A stretch of 64,000 nucleotides of DNA from positions 91,255 to 155,254 of the forward strand of contig JAXSMZ010000002.1 of the NCBI GenBank assembly GCA_037924335.1, read 5' to 3'. The position numbers and the translations under genes are program-made. Under the pieces are notes generated by a model. That model was not told where the DNA came from and ran no database searches. It worked only from the letters and a program-made list of their open reading frames with translations. The DNA comes from Aquificaceae bacterium (lineage in GTDB: Bacteria > Aquificota > Aquificia > Aquificales > Aquificaceae). Positions 28,953-38,657 of this stretch are shown piece by piece (positions within the stretch are counted from its first letter, which is position 1; the number at the start of each line of letters is the position of its first letter).

Positions 28953-29818
28953 TACCCACCGATTACACTCCCTATCCTTACAGTTCCGATGTCTGTAATC
29001 TCCATATAATGCGTCCTTGTGTCATGCCCACACATCCTACAGCCATCTATCCTGAAGAATCTCACCATCTCACCTATTGGCTTTTTATACAGCCTTGACT
29101 GAGAAGCCGTCATCACCAGATCCTTGGAAAGAACTAAGGAGCAATCCACTATGTGACTGACGGCATAACCTCCTGCGGCCTCTGCCGTTAGCTCCTCATG
29201 CCCACTTCTCTTCTGCGACACAAATATGGCTGTCTGATACCACTTTTTCATAAAGTTAAAAAGCTGTCTTACCACAACCCTTGCCAGCATCTCCCTTGCT
29301 TCGTAAAGCCCAGTTACAGAATCTATGATCACATGCTTTACCCTGTAAGTTTTTATGGCATAGGCTAAGGTAGCCAAAAGGTCTGGTATGTTCTCCCTTA
29401 GCTTGGAATGGGTTGCCGCATCTATTAGGACTATCTTGTCCTGCACTTTATCGAAATCCACTTTCATAGCCTTTGCCCTTTGACTCAAGCCAACCGTCAT
29501 AAAAGGGGCTGGCGACTCAACAGTGACAAAAGCTACAACCTCCCCCCTGCTTGCCTGCATTACAGTATACTGCTCTGCTATCAAGGTCTTACCAGTATCA
29601 GAAACTCCCGTTATGTTTGTTACAGAGTAGGCTGGTATACCACCCAAAGGCACTCTTTCCACCTTACCATCCCTGAGCTCAGCATTAAAGAAAAGCCCAT
29701 CCAAACCCTCAACACCAGTAGGAATGCCATACATCTTTGGAGCTTTCTTTACAGCCTCCCCCGCTATCCATATGCTCTCCTCTACAACCTCTGGCTTCTT
29801 CTCTCCCAACTCATCCAT
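28952..29818 (-). CDS. Single-domain KaiC/RAD55-like ATPase
   Basis: GIPTGV.GLD, Walker A GVSDTGKT, IIDSVT, SHIVD, IDGCRMCGHD. Confidence 0.88.
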   Translation of the reverse strand: MDELGEKKPEVVEESIWIAGEAVKKAPKMYGIPTGVEGLDGLFFNAELRDGKVERVPLGGIPAYSVTNITGVSDTGKTLIAEQYTVMQASRGEVVAFVTVESPAPFMTVGLSQRAKAMKVDFDKVQDKIVLIDAATHSKLRENIPDLLATLAYAIKTYRVKHVIIDSVTGLYEAREMLARVVVRQLFNFMKKWYQTAIFVSQKRSGHEELTAEAAGGYAVSHIVDCSLVLSKDLVMTASQSRLYKKPIGEMVRFFRIDGCRMCGHDTRTHYMEITDIGTVRIGSVIGG

Positions 29819-29899
29819 AGTTAAATAGTATAAAAGACTCAACCCTTTGAAAAATTAGAACCTTGAACTTTTAATGCAAGCTAAGTAAATTAATTATCT

Positions 29900-31219
29900 A
29901 TGAAGTACTACATAAGGACCTTTGGATGCCAGATGAACTTTAACGACACAGAGAGGATAAAGGGTTTGCTCAAGAGCGTGGGTTATCAGCAAGCAAACAG
30001 CTGGGAAGAGGCAGACCTTATACTCATAAACACATGCACCATAAGGGAAAAACCAGACCATAAAGTTTTCTCCCATCTGGGGGAGTACAGGAAGATAAAG
30101 GATAAAAACCCAAAGGCTTTGATAGGTGTGTGCGGTTGCTTGGCTCAGAGGATGGGACATGACCTTGTACAGAAAGCCCCAATGGTAGACCTTATGTTTT
30201 CAAGCTTTAACATACATCAGCTTCCTGACCTTGTAAGGCAAGCACAGGAGGGATACAAAGCCATAGCCATCTTAGAAAATCCACCTTCCGATGAAGAAAA
30301 GATGTGGGAGTATCCAACTGTTAGGGATAACGAATACTGCGCTTATGTGACGGTTATGAAAGGATGCGACAAGAGTTGCACTTACTGTGTTGTGCCAAAG
30401 ACAAGAGGAAGGCAAAGGTCAAGAAGCATAGAGAGCATTCTAAGAGAAGTGAAGGAGCTTATAGCCGATGGTGTCAAGGAAGTTCATATTTTGGGACAGA
30501 ATGTCACGGCTTGGGGAGAGGATAAAGGCAGTTATTTCTCTGAGCTTCTTTACAGGATAGCCGAGGTGGATGGAGTTGAAAGGATAAGGTTCACGACAGG
30601 GCATCCAAAAGACTTGGATGAGAGGATAGTAAAAGCTATGGCTGATATACCCCAAGTTTGTGAGCATATACACCTTCCAATTCAAGCTGGTTCTGATAGG
30701 ATCCTGAAGCTTATGGATAGAGGGTACACAAAAGAAGAGTACTTAGAAAAGGTCCAAATGTTAAGAGAGTACGTTAAGGGTATAACCTTTTCAACGGACA
30801 TAATAGTAGGCTTTCCATCGGAAGAGGATGAGGACTTTGAAGAAACACTTGATGTTCTCAAAAGGGTAAGATTTGAACAGGTATTTTCCTTCAAGTTCTC
30901 TCCAAGACCAGATACGCAAGCTTACACTATGAAGGGTCAAGTTTCCGAAGAGATAAAGACAAGAAGAATGGCAAAACTGCTTGAAGTTCAGAAGTCCATA
31001 CTGGATAAGATGGCAAAGTCTTATGAGGGTACAGTTCAGGAGGTACTTATTGAAAGCTGTGAAGATGGAAATAAATTAATAGGAAGGACGAGGACAAACA
31101 GGTGGGTCAGTATGAAAGGTAGACCAGAATTACTTGGTAAAGTTGTGAAAGTTAAGGTCCTGAGGTCTAAGCCTTACAGTATGGAAGGTGAGGTCCTCAG
31201 TCAGGAGGTAAAAAGATGA
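29900..31219 (+). CDS. miaB: tRNA methylthiotransferase MiaB
   Basis: TFGCQMN, NTC.IRE, radical SAM C.K.C.YC, TRAM C-terminus. Confidence 0.95.
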   Translation: MKYYIRTFGCQMNFNDTERIKGLLKSVGYQQANSWEEADLILINTCTIREKPDHKVFSHLGEYRKIKDKNPKALIGVCGCLAQRMGHDLVQKAPMVDLMFSSFNIHQLPDLVRQAQEGYKAIAILENPPSDEEKMWEYPTVRDNEYCAYVTVMKGCDKSCTYCVVPKTRGRQRSRSIESILREVKELIADGVKEVHILGQNVTAWGEDKGSYFSELLYRIAEVDGVERIRFTTGHPKDLDERIVKAMADIPQVCEHIHLPIQAGSDRILKLMDRGYTKEEYLEKVQMLREYVKGITFSTDIIVGFPSEEDEDFEETLDVLKRVRFEQVFSFKFSPRPDTQAYTMKGQVSEEIKTRRMAKLLEVQKSILDKMAKSYEGTVQEVLIESCEDGNKLIGRTRTNRWVSMKGRPELLGKVVKVKVLRSKPYSMEGEVLSQEVKR

Positions 31220-31698
31220 TAGAGATGGTTGTTCATGGAGTAACTTTGGACCCAGTTTCTCAGATGCCCATAGTGGTACTAAAGGCAAAGGAGAATGAAG
31301 AGATAATTCTTCCCATCTGGATAGGTATATTTGAAGCGGACAGTATAGTGAGAGAGATTCAGAATATTGAACCACCAAGACCTATGACCTATGAACTGAT
31401 GAAGGACATAATACAGCAGATGAACGGGTCAGTTGATAAGATAGTAATAAACGACCTAAAGGATAGCACTTACTATGCAGAGATATACCTCAATGTAGGA
31501 GCCAACACTCTTGTAATAGACTCAAGGCCGAGCGATGCTATAAACTTAGCCCTCAGGTTTGAATGTCCCATATACGTTGACCCAGGAGTGCTTGAAAAGT
31601 CAAAAGTACCAAAACCGGAGGAAGAGGAAGAGAAAGAGCAAATTAAAGAATGGTTAGAGAACATAAAACCGGAAGACTTTGAAAAGGGACTAAGCTAA
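31216..31698 (+). CDS. Bifunctional nuclease family (DUF151)
   Basis: LPIWIG.FEA, PRPMT..L, DSRPSDAI.LALR. Confidence 0.9.
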   Translation: MIEMVVHGVTLDPVSQMPIVVLKAKENEEIILPIWIGIFEADSIVREIQNIEPPRPMTYELMKDIIQQMNGSVDKIVINDLKDSTYYAEIYLNVGANTLVIDSRPSDAINLALRFECPIYVDPGVLEKSKVPKPEEEEEKEQIKEWLENIKPEDFEKGLS

Positions 31699-31706
31699 AG
31701 GTATGC

Positions 31707-32357
31707 TCAAAACACTGCTGACCCAATAATAAGGCCATAAAGAAAAATTATAATGGGAAGCATAACTCTACCAAGTATTCCAGTGAACAAAAGCAAGGTT
31801 ATTATAAGAAATCCATAAGTCTCAAACCTGTAGAATGTCTCCCAGTACTTTAAGGAGAAGAAGCTCATAAGAGCCCTTGAACCATCCAAGGGCGGTATGG
31901 GTATGGCGTTAAAAACTGCCAGAACTATGTTTATAAGCACAGACTTAGCAGAAAATATTGCCAAAGGCACAAACACACTTTTCCCAAGAAAATCCAAGTA
32001 ACCTATGTCTATAAGTCTGTACATGAAACCAAAGAGAAAAGCAAGGGAAAGGTTCATTGTAATGCCCGCTATTGATACGAGAAAGGTACCAAGCTTGAGG
32101 TCTCTAAACCTTAAAGGGTTTATGGGTACTGGCTTTGCCCATCCAAAGAGTATAGGAGAACCAAGGAGTATGAACATGGCTGGTAGTATAAGCGTACCAA
32201 AAGGGTCTATATGAGGTAATGGGTTCAGTGTGAGCCTTCCAGACTCCTTTGCTGTTGGGTCTCCCATCCTGTAGGCCATCCATCCATGAGCATACTCGTG
32301 CAGTATAACCGCCATCATTATTGCAGGTACTGTTATTATCGCTTCTCTTATATCCAT
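31707..32357 (-). CDS. Site-2 protease (M50) family
   Basis: HEYAH zinc motif, FN.IPIPPLDG. Confidence 0.9.
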   Translation of the reverse strand: MDIREAIITVPAIMMAVILHEYAHGWMAYRMGDPTAKESGRLTLNPLPHIDPFGTLILPAMFILLGSPILFGWAKPVPINPLRFRDLKLGTFLVSIAGITMNLSLAFLFGFMYRLIDIGYLDFLGKSVFVPLAIFSAKSVLINIVLAVFNAIPIPPLDGSRALMSFFSLKYWETFYRFETYGFLIITLLLFTGILGRVMLPIIIFLYGLIIGSAVF

Positions 32358-32407
32358 GTGAACTATTATAGAACAGGTGGTTAAAAAGCTTATGGTATAA
32401 TCTTCTC

Positions 32408-33157
32408 ATGCTCTCCATAGACCTAAAGGGAAAGGTGGCTCTAATTACCGGTTCTACAAGAGGAATAGGAAGAAGTATAGCAGAACATATGGCTATGGCT
32501 GGTGCGGACGTAGTTATAACCGGTAGAGATGGGATAAAGGCTCAAGAAGTAGCAGAGCACCTTTCTGAGAGGTACTCTGTAAAGGCAATGGGGATAGAGC
32601 TGAGGTTGGATGAGCCTGATTCTATAAGGTCTGGTTATGAAAAGATAGAAAAGCAAATGGGGAAGGTTGATATACTTGTAAACAACGCAGGGATCACAAA
32701 AGACAGACTGTTTTTGAGGATGTCTTTGGAAGATTGGGAAGAGGTCCTGAGGGTTAATCTCACGGGGACTTTTCTAACAACTTCGTTGGCTGTAAAAGGG
32801 ATGCTAAAAAACAGGTGGGGAAGGATAATTAACGTATCCTCAGTAGTTGGGTTTATTGGAAATGTGGGACAGGTGAACTACTCCTCTACAAAATCAGCCC
32901 TTATTGGCTTTACCAAGAGCCTTGCCAAAGAACTTGCCTCAAGGAATATAACGGTTAACGCAGTGGCTCCAGGTTTTATAGAGACGGATATGACTGCCGT
33001 ACTGTCCGAAGACGTGAAGCGGGAGTATTTAAAGAGTATACCCATAGGTAGGTTTGGAAAGCCTGATGATGTTGCGGGTGTTGTGCTTTTTCTATGTACA
33101 GGCTTTGCAGATTACATAACTGGAGAGGTTATCCATGTAAACGGGGGCATGTATTAA
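32408..33157 (+). CDS. fabG: 3-oxoacyl-ACP reductase
   Basis: TGSTRGIG, NNAGIT.D, GQVNYSSTK, VAPGFIETDMT, VNGGM. Confidence 0.93.
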   Translation: MLSIDLKGKVALITGSTRGIGRSIAEHMAMAGADVVITGRDGIKAQEVAEHLSERYSVKAMGIELRLDEPDSIRSGYEKIEKQMGKVDILVNNAGITKDRLFLRMSLEDWEEVLRVNLTGTFLTTSLAVKGMLKNRWGRIINVSSVVGFIGNVGQVNYSSTKSALIGFTKSLAKELASRNITVNAVAPGFIETDMTAVLSEDVKREYLKSIPIGRFGKPDDVAGVVLFLCTGFADYITGEVIHVNGGMY

Positions 33158-33166
33158 CTTTATTCT

Positions 33167-33661
33167 ATGCCCATATGCTATGTATCCTTTGGAAGCAATT
33201 GGGAAGACAGAATAGGAAACATACTAAAAGCCATAAGCCTGTTGAAAAAAATTGGAAAAATAAAGAGCATATCTACTGTTTACGAAAGCGAGCCATGGGG
33301 TGTAGAGAGCCAACCATCCTTTTTGAACGGTGTTTTAAAGCTTGAAACCCATCTGAACCCCATAAGCCTTCTAAGAGCTTTAAAAAACATTGAGGAGCAG
33401 GTAGGAAGAGTAAAAAGGTACAGATGGGGACCAAGGGAGATAGACTTAGACATAGTTCTCTATGAAAACTACGTAATAATGCTTAGTTTTTTAAAGGTAC
33501 CGCATCCACACATGCTGGAAAGGGACTTTGTCCTTTTCCCACTCGTTGAGATAGATAGGGACATTGCATACCCCATAACTAAAGAAAGAATAAAATCCTA
33601 TGCAGAGAGGTTAGAGAACAGGTTAAAGCCTTACTGCTGTATACTTCTTGATAAGGCTTGA
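33167..33661 (+). CDS. folK: 6-hydroxymethyl-7,8-dihydropterin pyrophosphokinase
   Basis: GSN, S.VYESEPWG, FLN, RWGPREIDLDI, PHP.M.ER.FVL.PL. Confidence 0.94.
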   Translation: MPICYVSFGSNWEDRIGNILKAISLLKKIGKIKSISTVYESEPWGVESQPSFLNGVLKLETHLNPISLLRALKNIEEQVGRVKRYRWGPREIDLDIVLYENYVIMLSFLKVPHPHMLERDFVLFPLVEIDRDIAYPITKERIKSYAERLENRLKPYCCILLDKA

Positions 33662-33662
33662 C

Positions 33663-34883
33663 TCACTTTTTACCTTTTACGTACTGTTCCCAGTTCTCTG
33701 GTGTAAAGGGCGATATCTCCCTGAGAAGCTTTATGACCTTTGGAAACTCTTCTATAACATAATCCACGTCCTCTTCTATGTTTTCCCTTCCAAAGCTAAA
33801 GACAAGAGAGCCATTGGCAACCTCTTTTGGAACACCTATAGCAAAAAGGACATGGGATTGTTTTAGTGCCAGAGACACACAGGCAGAACCGGAAGCAGTC
33901 TCTATGCCCATCAGGTCAAGTCTCAGAAGCATTGCCTCTCCCTCTATGAGCTGTATAATAAGGGAAAGATGATGGGGAAGCCTCTGTGTAGGATGTCCTG
34001 TGAATTCTATGTAGTTTACCTTCTCCTCAATAGCCTTTCTTAGTTTATCCCTGTAATTGGAAAGTCTTGTCATTCTGTCCTGAAGTTCCTTCATAGTCAG
34101 TTCTGCTGCTGCTCCAAAACCTACAATACCTGGTACGTTCTCCGTCCCAGCCCTTATTCCCCTTTCTTGAGTCCCCCCTTCTATTAGAGGTCTTACCTTT
34201 ATTCCCTTCTTAGTCCAAAGAGCTCCAACACCTTTTGGTCCATACATAAGATGAGCTGTAAAAGATGCGGCATCTACTCCCCAGTCTTTGACGTCTACGG
34301 GATAGTGTCCAAGGGTAGGAGCGGCGTCCGTATGGAATATAACCTTTGGGTTCTTTGCTTTTGCAGCCTGAACTAAACTCTTTATATCCTGGACTGTTCC
34401 TATTTCTCTGTTAGAGTGTCCTATGCTAACGAGCACTGTATCCTCTCTTATAGCCTCGGAGACCTGCTCTGGATGTATGAGCCCATACTTATCAGGCTTG
34501 ATATAGCTAACTTCCCATCCTTCCCTTTCTAAGCTTTTGAGAGGATGAAGCACTGAGTGATGCTCTATTTCCGTTGAAACTATATGTCTTCCTCTCTTCT
34601 CATAAGCCTTTGTTATCCCCTTTATTGCCAAGTTGTTTGCCTCTATTCCGCCGGATGTAAAAAGGACCTCCTCTGGGGAGTTTGCGTTTACAAGATGAGC
34701 TATCTTCTCCCTTGCTGAGTTTATGGCCTTTTTTGCAGTTTGACCAAAGCTATGAAGGGATGTTGGGTTTCCAAAGTTCTCCCTAAAGTAAGGGAGCATA
34801 GCCTCAAGAACCTCCTCAGCCAAAGGTGTTGTTGCTATATGGTCAAGGTACACAACCCTTTTTCCAGTTTTCTTTATAAACAT
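33663..34883 (-). CDS. iscS: Cysteine desulfurase (IscS/NifS group I)
   Basis: YLD..ATTP, GNP.SLH, EH.SV, GGTQERG.RAGTEN, SGSAC; the expected PLP Lys motif reads FTAHLMYGPKG. Confidence 0.85.
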   Translation of the reverse strand: MFIKKTGKRVVYLDHIATTPLAEEVLEAMLPYFRENFGNPTSLHSFGQTAKKAINSAREKIAHLVNANSPEEVLFTSGGIEANNLAIKGITKAYEKRGRHIVSTEIEHHSVLHPLKSLEREGWEVSYIKPDKYGLIHPEQVSEAIREDTVLVSIGHSNREIGTVQDIKSLVQAAKAKNPKVIFHTDAAPTLGHYPVDVKDWGVDAASFTAHLMYGPKGVGALWTKKGIKVRPLIEGGTQERGIRAGTENVPGIVGFGAAAELTMKELQDRMTRLSNYRDKLRKAIEEKVNYIEFTGHPTQRLPHHLSLIIQLIEGEAMLLRLDLMGIETASGSACVSLALKQSHVLFAIGVPKEVANGSLVFSFGRENIEEDVDYVIEEFPKVIKLLREISPFTPENWEQYVKGKK

Positions 34884-34885
34884 GT

Positions 34886-35908
34886 TTACCTCCTTAAAAG
34901 TTTATCGCTTATAAGCTTTGCAATGCTTAGGAAGGCCTTTGATACTTCCGAATGGGGTTCGCTTTTGACGATCGGAAAACCCATATCAGACCTTTCTGCC
35001 ACTTGGGGGTCTATGGGTATGGAACCCAAAACCTGCAAACCGTAAGATGCTGCAAACTCAAGCACTTTCCCTTTGCCAAATATGTAGTATTTTTTTTCGC
35101 TTTCTGGACATACAAAGTAGGCCATATTCTCTATGATACCAAGGATCGGGATGTCAACCTCCCTAAACATAGCAGTGGCCTTCCTAACATCGGCAAGGGC
35201 AACATCCTGAGGTGTTGTAACAACAACAGCACCGGATATTTCCACATTCTGAGCAAGCGTTAGCTGAACATCACCAGTACCGGGTGGAAGGTCTAGGAGA
35301 AGAATATCCAGCTCACCCCACTTTACATCAAAGAGAAACTGGGTAAGAGCCTTCATAAGCATGGGGCCCCTCCATATGATGGGAGTGTCCTCCGATGGAA
35401 GCAAAAAGCCTATGGAGAGCACCTTTATTCCGTACTTCTCAAGGGGGATTATTCTGTTATTCTCGTCCACGCTTACCCTCTCACCCCTTAGGCCCAACAG
35501 AGTGGGGATGCTCGGACCGTATATATCAGCATCTAAAAGCCCTACTTTATAGCCCATACTAGAAAGGGCTAAAGCGAGGTTTGCAGAGACAGTTGATTTA
35601 CCAACACCTCCTTTACCGCTACCTACTGCTATAAGGTGTTTGACCGATGGGACACGCCTTCTCGTAAAAGCTGCTTGCGAAGCAGGAGGCTCTTCCACAA
35701 ACCTTACGTTTACACTCTTTACATCTGGAACAGACTCAAGAGACCTGTAAGTTCTCTGCCTTATCTCATCTTCCAAACCTCTCTTTGGAAGCCTGTAAAC
35801 TAGCTCAAGGGTAGACCCGATAAGCTTTACATCCTTTACAAGCTCCGAAAGCCTTTTGCCGTCTACAAGCTCCTCCTTGAGTGCATCCATAATGTCCTTT
35901 ACAGCCAT
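34886..35908 (-). CDS. mrp: Mrp/NBP35 (ApbC) Fe-S carrier ATPase
   Basis: SGKGGVGKST, DADIYGPS, WRGPM, DLPPGTGD, IENM.YF.CP; AAGGAGG RBS before 35908. Confidence 0.92.
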   Translation of the reverse strand: MAVKDIMDALKEELVDGKRLSELVKDVKLIGSTLELVYRLPKRGLEDEIRQRTYRSLESVPDVKSVNVRFVEEPPASQAAFTRRRVPSVKHLIAVGSGKGGVGKSTVSANLALALSSMGYKVGLLDADIYGPSIPTLLGLRGERVSVDENNRIIPLEKYGIKVLSIGFLLPSEDTPIIWRGPMLMKALTQFLFDVKWGELDILLLDLPPGTGDVQLTLAQNVEISGAVVVTTPQDVALADVRKATAMFREVDIPILGIIENMAYFVCPESEKKYYIFGKGKVLEFAASYGLQVLGSIPIDPQVAERSDMGFPIVKSEPHSEVSKAFLSIAKLISDKLLRR

Positions 35909-35990
35909 TAAATCCTCCTTTATTTTTGTAATATAATTTATTTTGCAGCATGTGTTTATGAGGATGGTCAAATAACGTAGAGGAGAGGCT

Positions 35991-36854
35991 ATGAATTACT
36001 TGCCCCAGGTTATTAAATATTTGAGTAGCACACAGGATATAGCAGAGATATATATGGTGCCTAAGGCTCCACCCGTAGATAGGAAAGATGAAAAGCTTGT
36101 AAAGGTCATGGATGTTATCCTAAATCCGGAAGATATAAGAGATACCCTTTTGGCTTTGAGAAGCTACGTATCATCCAGCCCAGGTCCTCTTGGCAACGAG
36201 GGAGTCTTTTCCTTTGGAATAAGCAACGTAGGAAGGTTTAAGGTCAGCTATACAGCTCAAAGAGGTAGCTATGCTGTGAATATAGTAAGAACACCTTACA
36301 GTATACCAATGTTAGAAGATCTATGCGAGGATAACAGGCAGGTGAATAAACTGGACGAGATGGTAAGATTGCATAGGTCTGGCATGATCTTAGTTTTAGG
36401 TAAAAACCCACCAAGAGTTAGTACTTTTGTATACTCCTTGCTTCAGCACGTATCCAAACATTATACAAAGGTCATATTAACTCTCGAAAAGCCCATATCC
36501 TTTTTGCTAAAGCATGATAGGTCTTTAGTCATACAGATAGAGGCGGGGACAGACACACCCACCTTTGAAGACGGACTCAGGAGCATATTTTATATGAACC
36601 CTGACGTTGTGTACATAGATTACAGAGGCATTGCTCTTGATAGGAAGATTTTACAAGGGCTTTATCATATCGTACAACTGGACACGTTGGTATTTTTCTA
36701 TCCCTCCTTTATGAACGAGGATACAGTTATGGAAAATCTTAAACAGCACAAGGAACTTATAAAGGCCATTGTGAGAGTCGAAGGGTCAAAGACAGGGGGA
36801 AAGTTAAACATCAGGATCACAGACACAGAACTTCAGGCTTCGGAAAACCATTAA
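35991..36854 (+). CDS. PilT-like protein with degenerate ATPase motifs
   Basis: PilT N-domain (FSF.I..VGRF.V....QRG), ILTLE.PI; Walker A position reads GKNPPRVST. Confidence 0.7.
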   Translation: MNYLPQVIKYLSSTQDIAEIYMVPKAPPVDRKDEKLVKVMDVILNPEDIRDTLLALRSYVSSSPGPLGNEGVFSFGISNVGRFKVSYTAQRGSYAVNIVRTPYSIPMLEDLCEDNRQVNKLDEMVRLHRSGMILVLGKNPPRVSTFVYSLLQHVSKHYTKVILTLEKPISFLLKHDRSLVIQIEAGTDTPTFEDGLRSIFYMNPDVVYIDYRGIALDRKILQGLYHIVQLDTLVFFYPSFMNEDTVMENLKQHKELIKAIVRVEGSKTGGKLNIRITDTELQASENH

Positions 36855-37989
36855 AGTTGGCCGCATAGACGGTAGTATAGGCTCCAGATGAGAGTATATA
36901 AACATAGTCTCCTACTTCTGGTTCTGGAAGGGCTACACCTTTGGCTATAACATCCATGCTGTCGCAGGAGATACCACCTATGGTCCAATCCTTTAGCTCC
37001 CCTTCCCTTTCTACGTAGATGGGATACCTTATTCCACCCAAAGCTTCTGCAAGACCGTTAAAAACTCCTGTGTCTATGTATATCCAATCCTCGTTGTCTC
37101 TTTTAGCTTTTCCTATAACCCTTGCTATCATCAATCCCTGGTCTCCCACCATACCCCTTCCCGGTTCTATCTGTAGCTCGTGTGGGTTGTTTGGGAAAAA
37201 TTTCTGTAAAAGCCCCTTTATGTAGTAAGCTATATCCTCTATACGAAGAGCTTCGTACATGTACTTTATGGGAATCCCACCTCCCATGTTTAGCATCTGC
37301 AGTCTAAACCCCCTCTTTGCAGCCATTGTCCAAAGTTCAGCAGATTTTTTAATAGCTATTAGCCAGTTCCTGTAGTTGTTGCACTGAGAACCCACATGGA
37401 AGGTAATACCGTAAGGTATGAGCCCTTTCTCTCGAACAAACTCAAGAATCTCCAAAGCTGTGTCCGCATTCACTCCAAACTTTCTGGAAAGTGGCCAGTC
37501 GCTTCCCTCGTTGGGAACGGAGATCCTCACATAAACCCTCGCTCTTTTGGCCACTTTTGCTATCTTTTCCACCTCTGCAAAGGAGTCCACGCAGAACCTA
37601 TCAGCTCCAACAGAGTAAGCATGCTCTATAAAGTTAATGGGTTTTACTGGATTGCTGGATATTATCCTCTCTGGCTTTATTCCTAAACTCAGAACTTTCT
37701 GAAGCTCATCTGAGGAAGCCACCTCAAAGCCTGAACTCAACTCAGAGAGCGCCCTAAGTATGTTTATATCGTCATTTGCCTTTACAGCATAGTAGACCTT
37801 AAACTGGGGCATATGGTACTTAAGCTGTGAATACTTCCTTTGAACACCCTTTAGGTCTATGAGAAGGAGTGGCGTTCTCTGAGGCTTTAGGTGATGTATA
37901 AAATGCTCTCTTTCCGAGATGAACTCCTCAAAGTACCTTTTAGCAAAACCAAACTGAAGGTCTCTGTAGTCCAAGGTTTCTTTAACCAT
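36817..37989 (-). CDS. Fold-type III PLP decarboxylase (ornithine/lysine/arginine decarboxylase family)
   Basis: YYAVKAN, GFEVAS, FHVGSQ, LNMGGG, IEPGR, GISCDSMD, GAYT. Confidence 0.88.
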   Translation of the reverse strand: MVKETLDYRDLQFGFAKRYFEEFISEREHFIHHLKPQRTPLLLIDLKGVQRKYSQLKYHMPQFKVYYAVKANDDINILRALSELSSGFEVASSDELQKVLSLGIKPERIISSNPVKPINFIEHAYSVGADRFCVDSFAEVEKIAKVAKRARVYVRISVPNEGSDWPLSRKFGVNADTALEILEFVREKGLIPYGITFHVGSQCNNYRNWLIAIKKSAELWTMAAKRGFRLQMLNMGGGIPIKYMYEALRIEDIAYYIKGLLQKFFPNNPHELQIEPGRGMVGDQGLMIARVIGKAKRDNEDWIYIDTGVFNGLAEALGGIRYPIYVEREGELKDWTIGGISCDSMDVIAKGVALPEPEVGDYVYILSSGAYTTVYAANFNGFPKPEVLCL

Positions 37990-38064
37990 AATAGATGGTA
38001 TATTAATGCAGGTTTATGATATTGCAAGAGTTTTGTTCTATGGGGGCGTGGAAGCCCCTCTTCT

Positions 38065-38532
38065 TTATTTGAGTATGTTTATTACATTCCTCCCCGTCTT
38101 GCTGGCTAGTTCAGCCATGCCACCTTTTAGCATGAAGGCATTGTCAAACCCTATCATTCTCAGAGCCATCGTGACAGGCGCTGCTCTTGTACCCGTATGA
38201 CACACTACTACTATCTTCTTATCCTTTGGAAGCTTTCTGAGATTCTCTTCTTTAAACAGTTCATGCATTGGTATTCTTAGAGCGTTTTTATAAGTTATTC
38301 CAACAACTCCCATCTCCTGAGGCGTCCTTATGTCCAAAATAACAACTTCATCCTTACTCATAAGCTCATGGAGCTGTCTAGAATCAATCTCACACGGCTT
38401 TTTTGCAACTACTTCAGGCGTTAACTGCGAAAACATACCGTCAAACTTCTTGGCAAGGTCGGCATCAAAGCTGTAAGCCTTTCCTACAAATAAGAAGGTC
38501 AAAAAGGCAACGACCAATTTCGCTTTTCTCAT
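38065..38532 (-). CDS. Exported rhodanese-like sulfurtransferase
   Basis: Signal peptide (AYS), ILDIRTPQE, VVCHTGTRA active-site loop, LKGGM. Confidence 0.85.
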   Translation of the reverse strand: MRKAKLVVAFLTFLFVGKAYSFDADLAKKFDGMFSQLTPEVVAKKPCEIDSRQLHELMSKDEVVILDIRTPQEMGVVGITYKNALRIPMHELFKEENLRKLPKDKKIVVVCHTGTRAAPVTMALRMIGFDNAFMLKGGMAELASKTGRNVINILK

Positions 38533-38563
38533 AGCATAACCCCCTTTAAGTTTTAATGGTTAT

Positions 38564-38592
38564 ATCTTAATATAAGAATTCAATTATGTCAA
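38564..38592 (-). promoter_or_regulatory. sigma70 promoter of the rhodanese gene
   Basis: TTGACA-N17-TAAGAT on the minus strand. Confidence 0.65.
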
Positions 38593-38657
38593 GCAAAAGC
38601 AAGGGTGCACTTAACCTCTTGCAATTTTCTCCAGCTGAGAAAGTTTATCCGTTTTAC

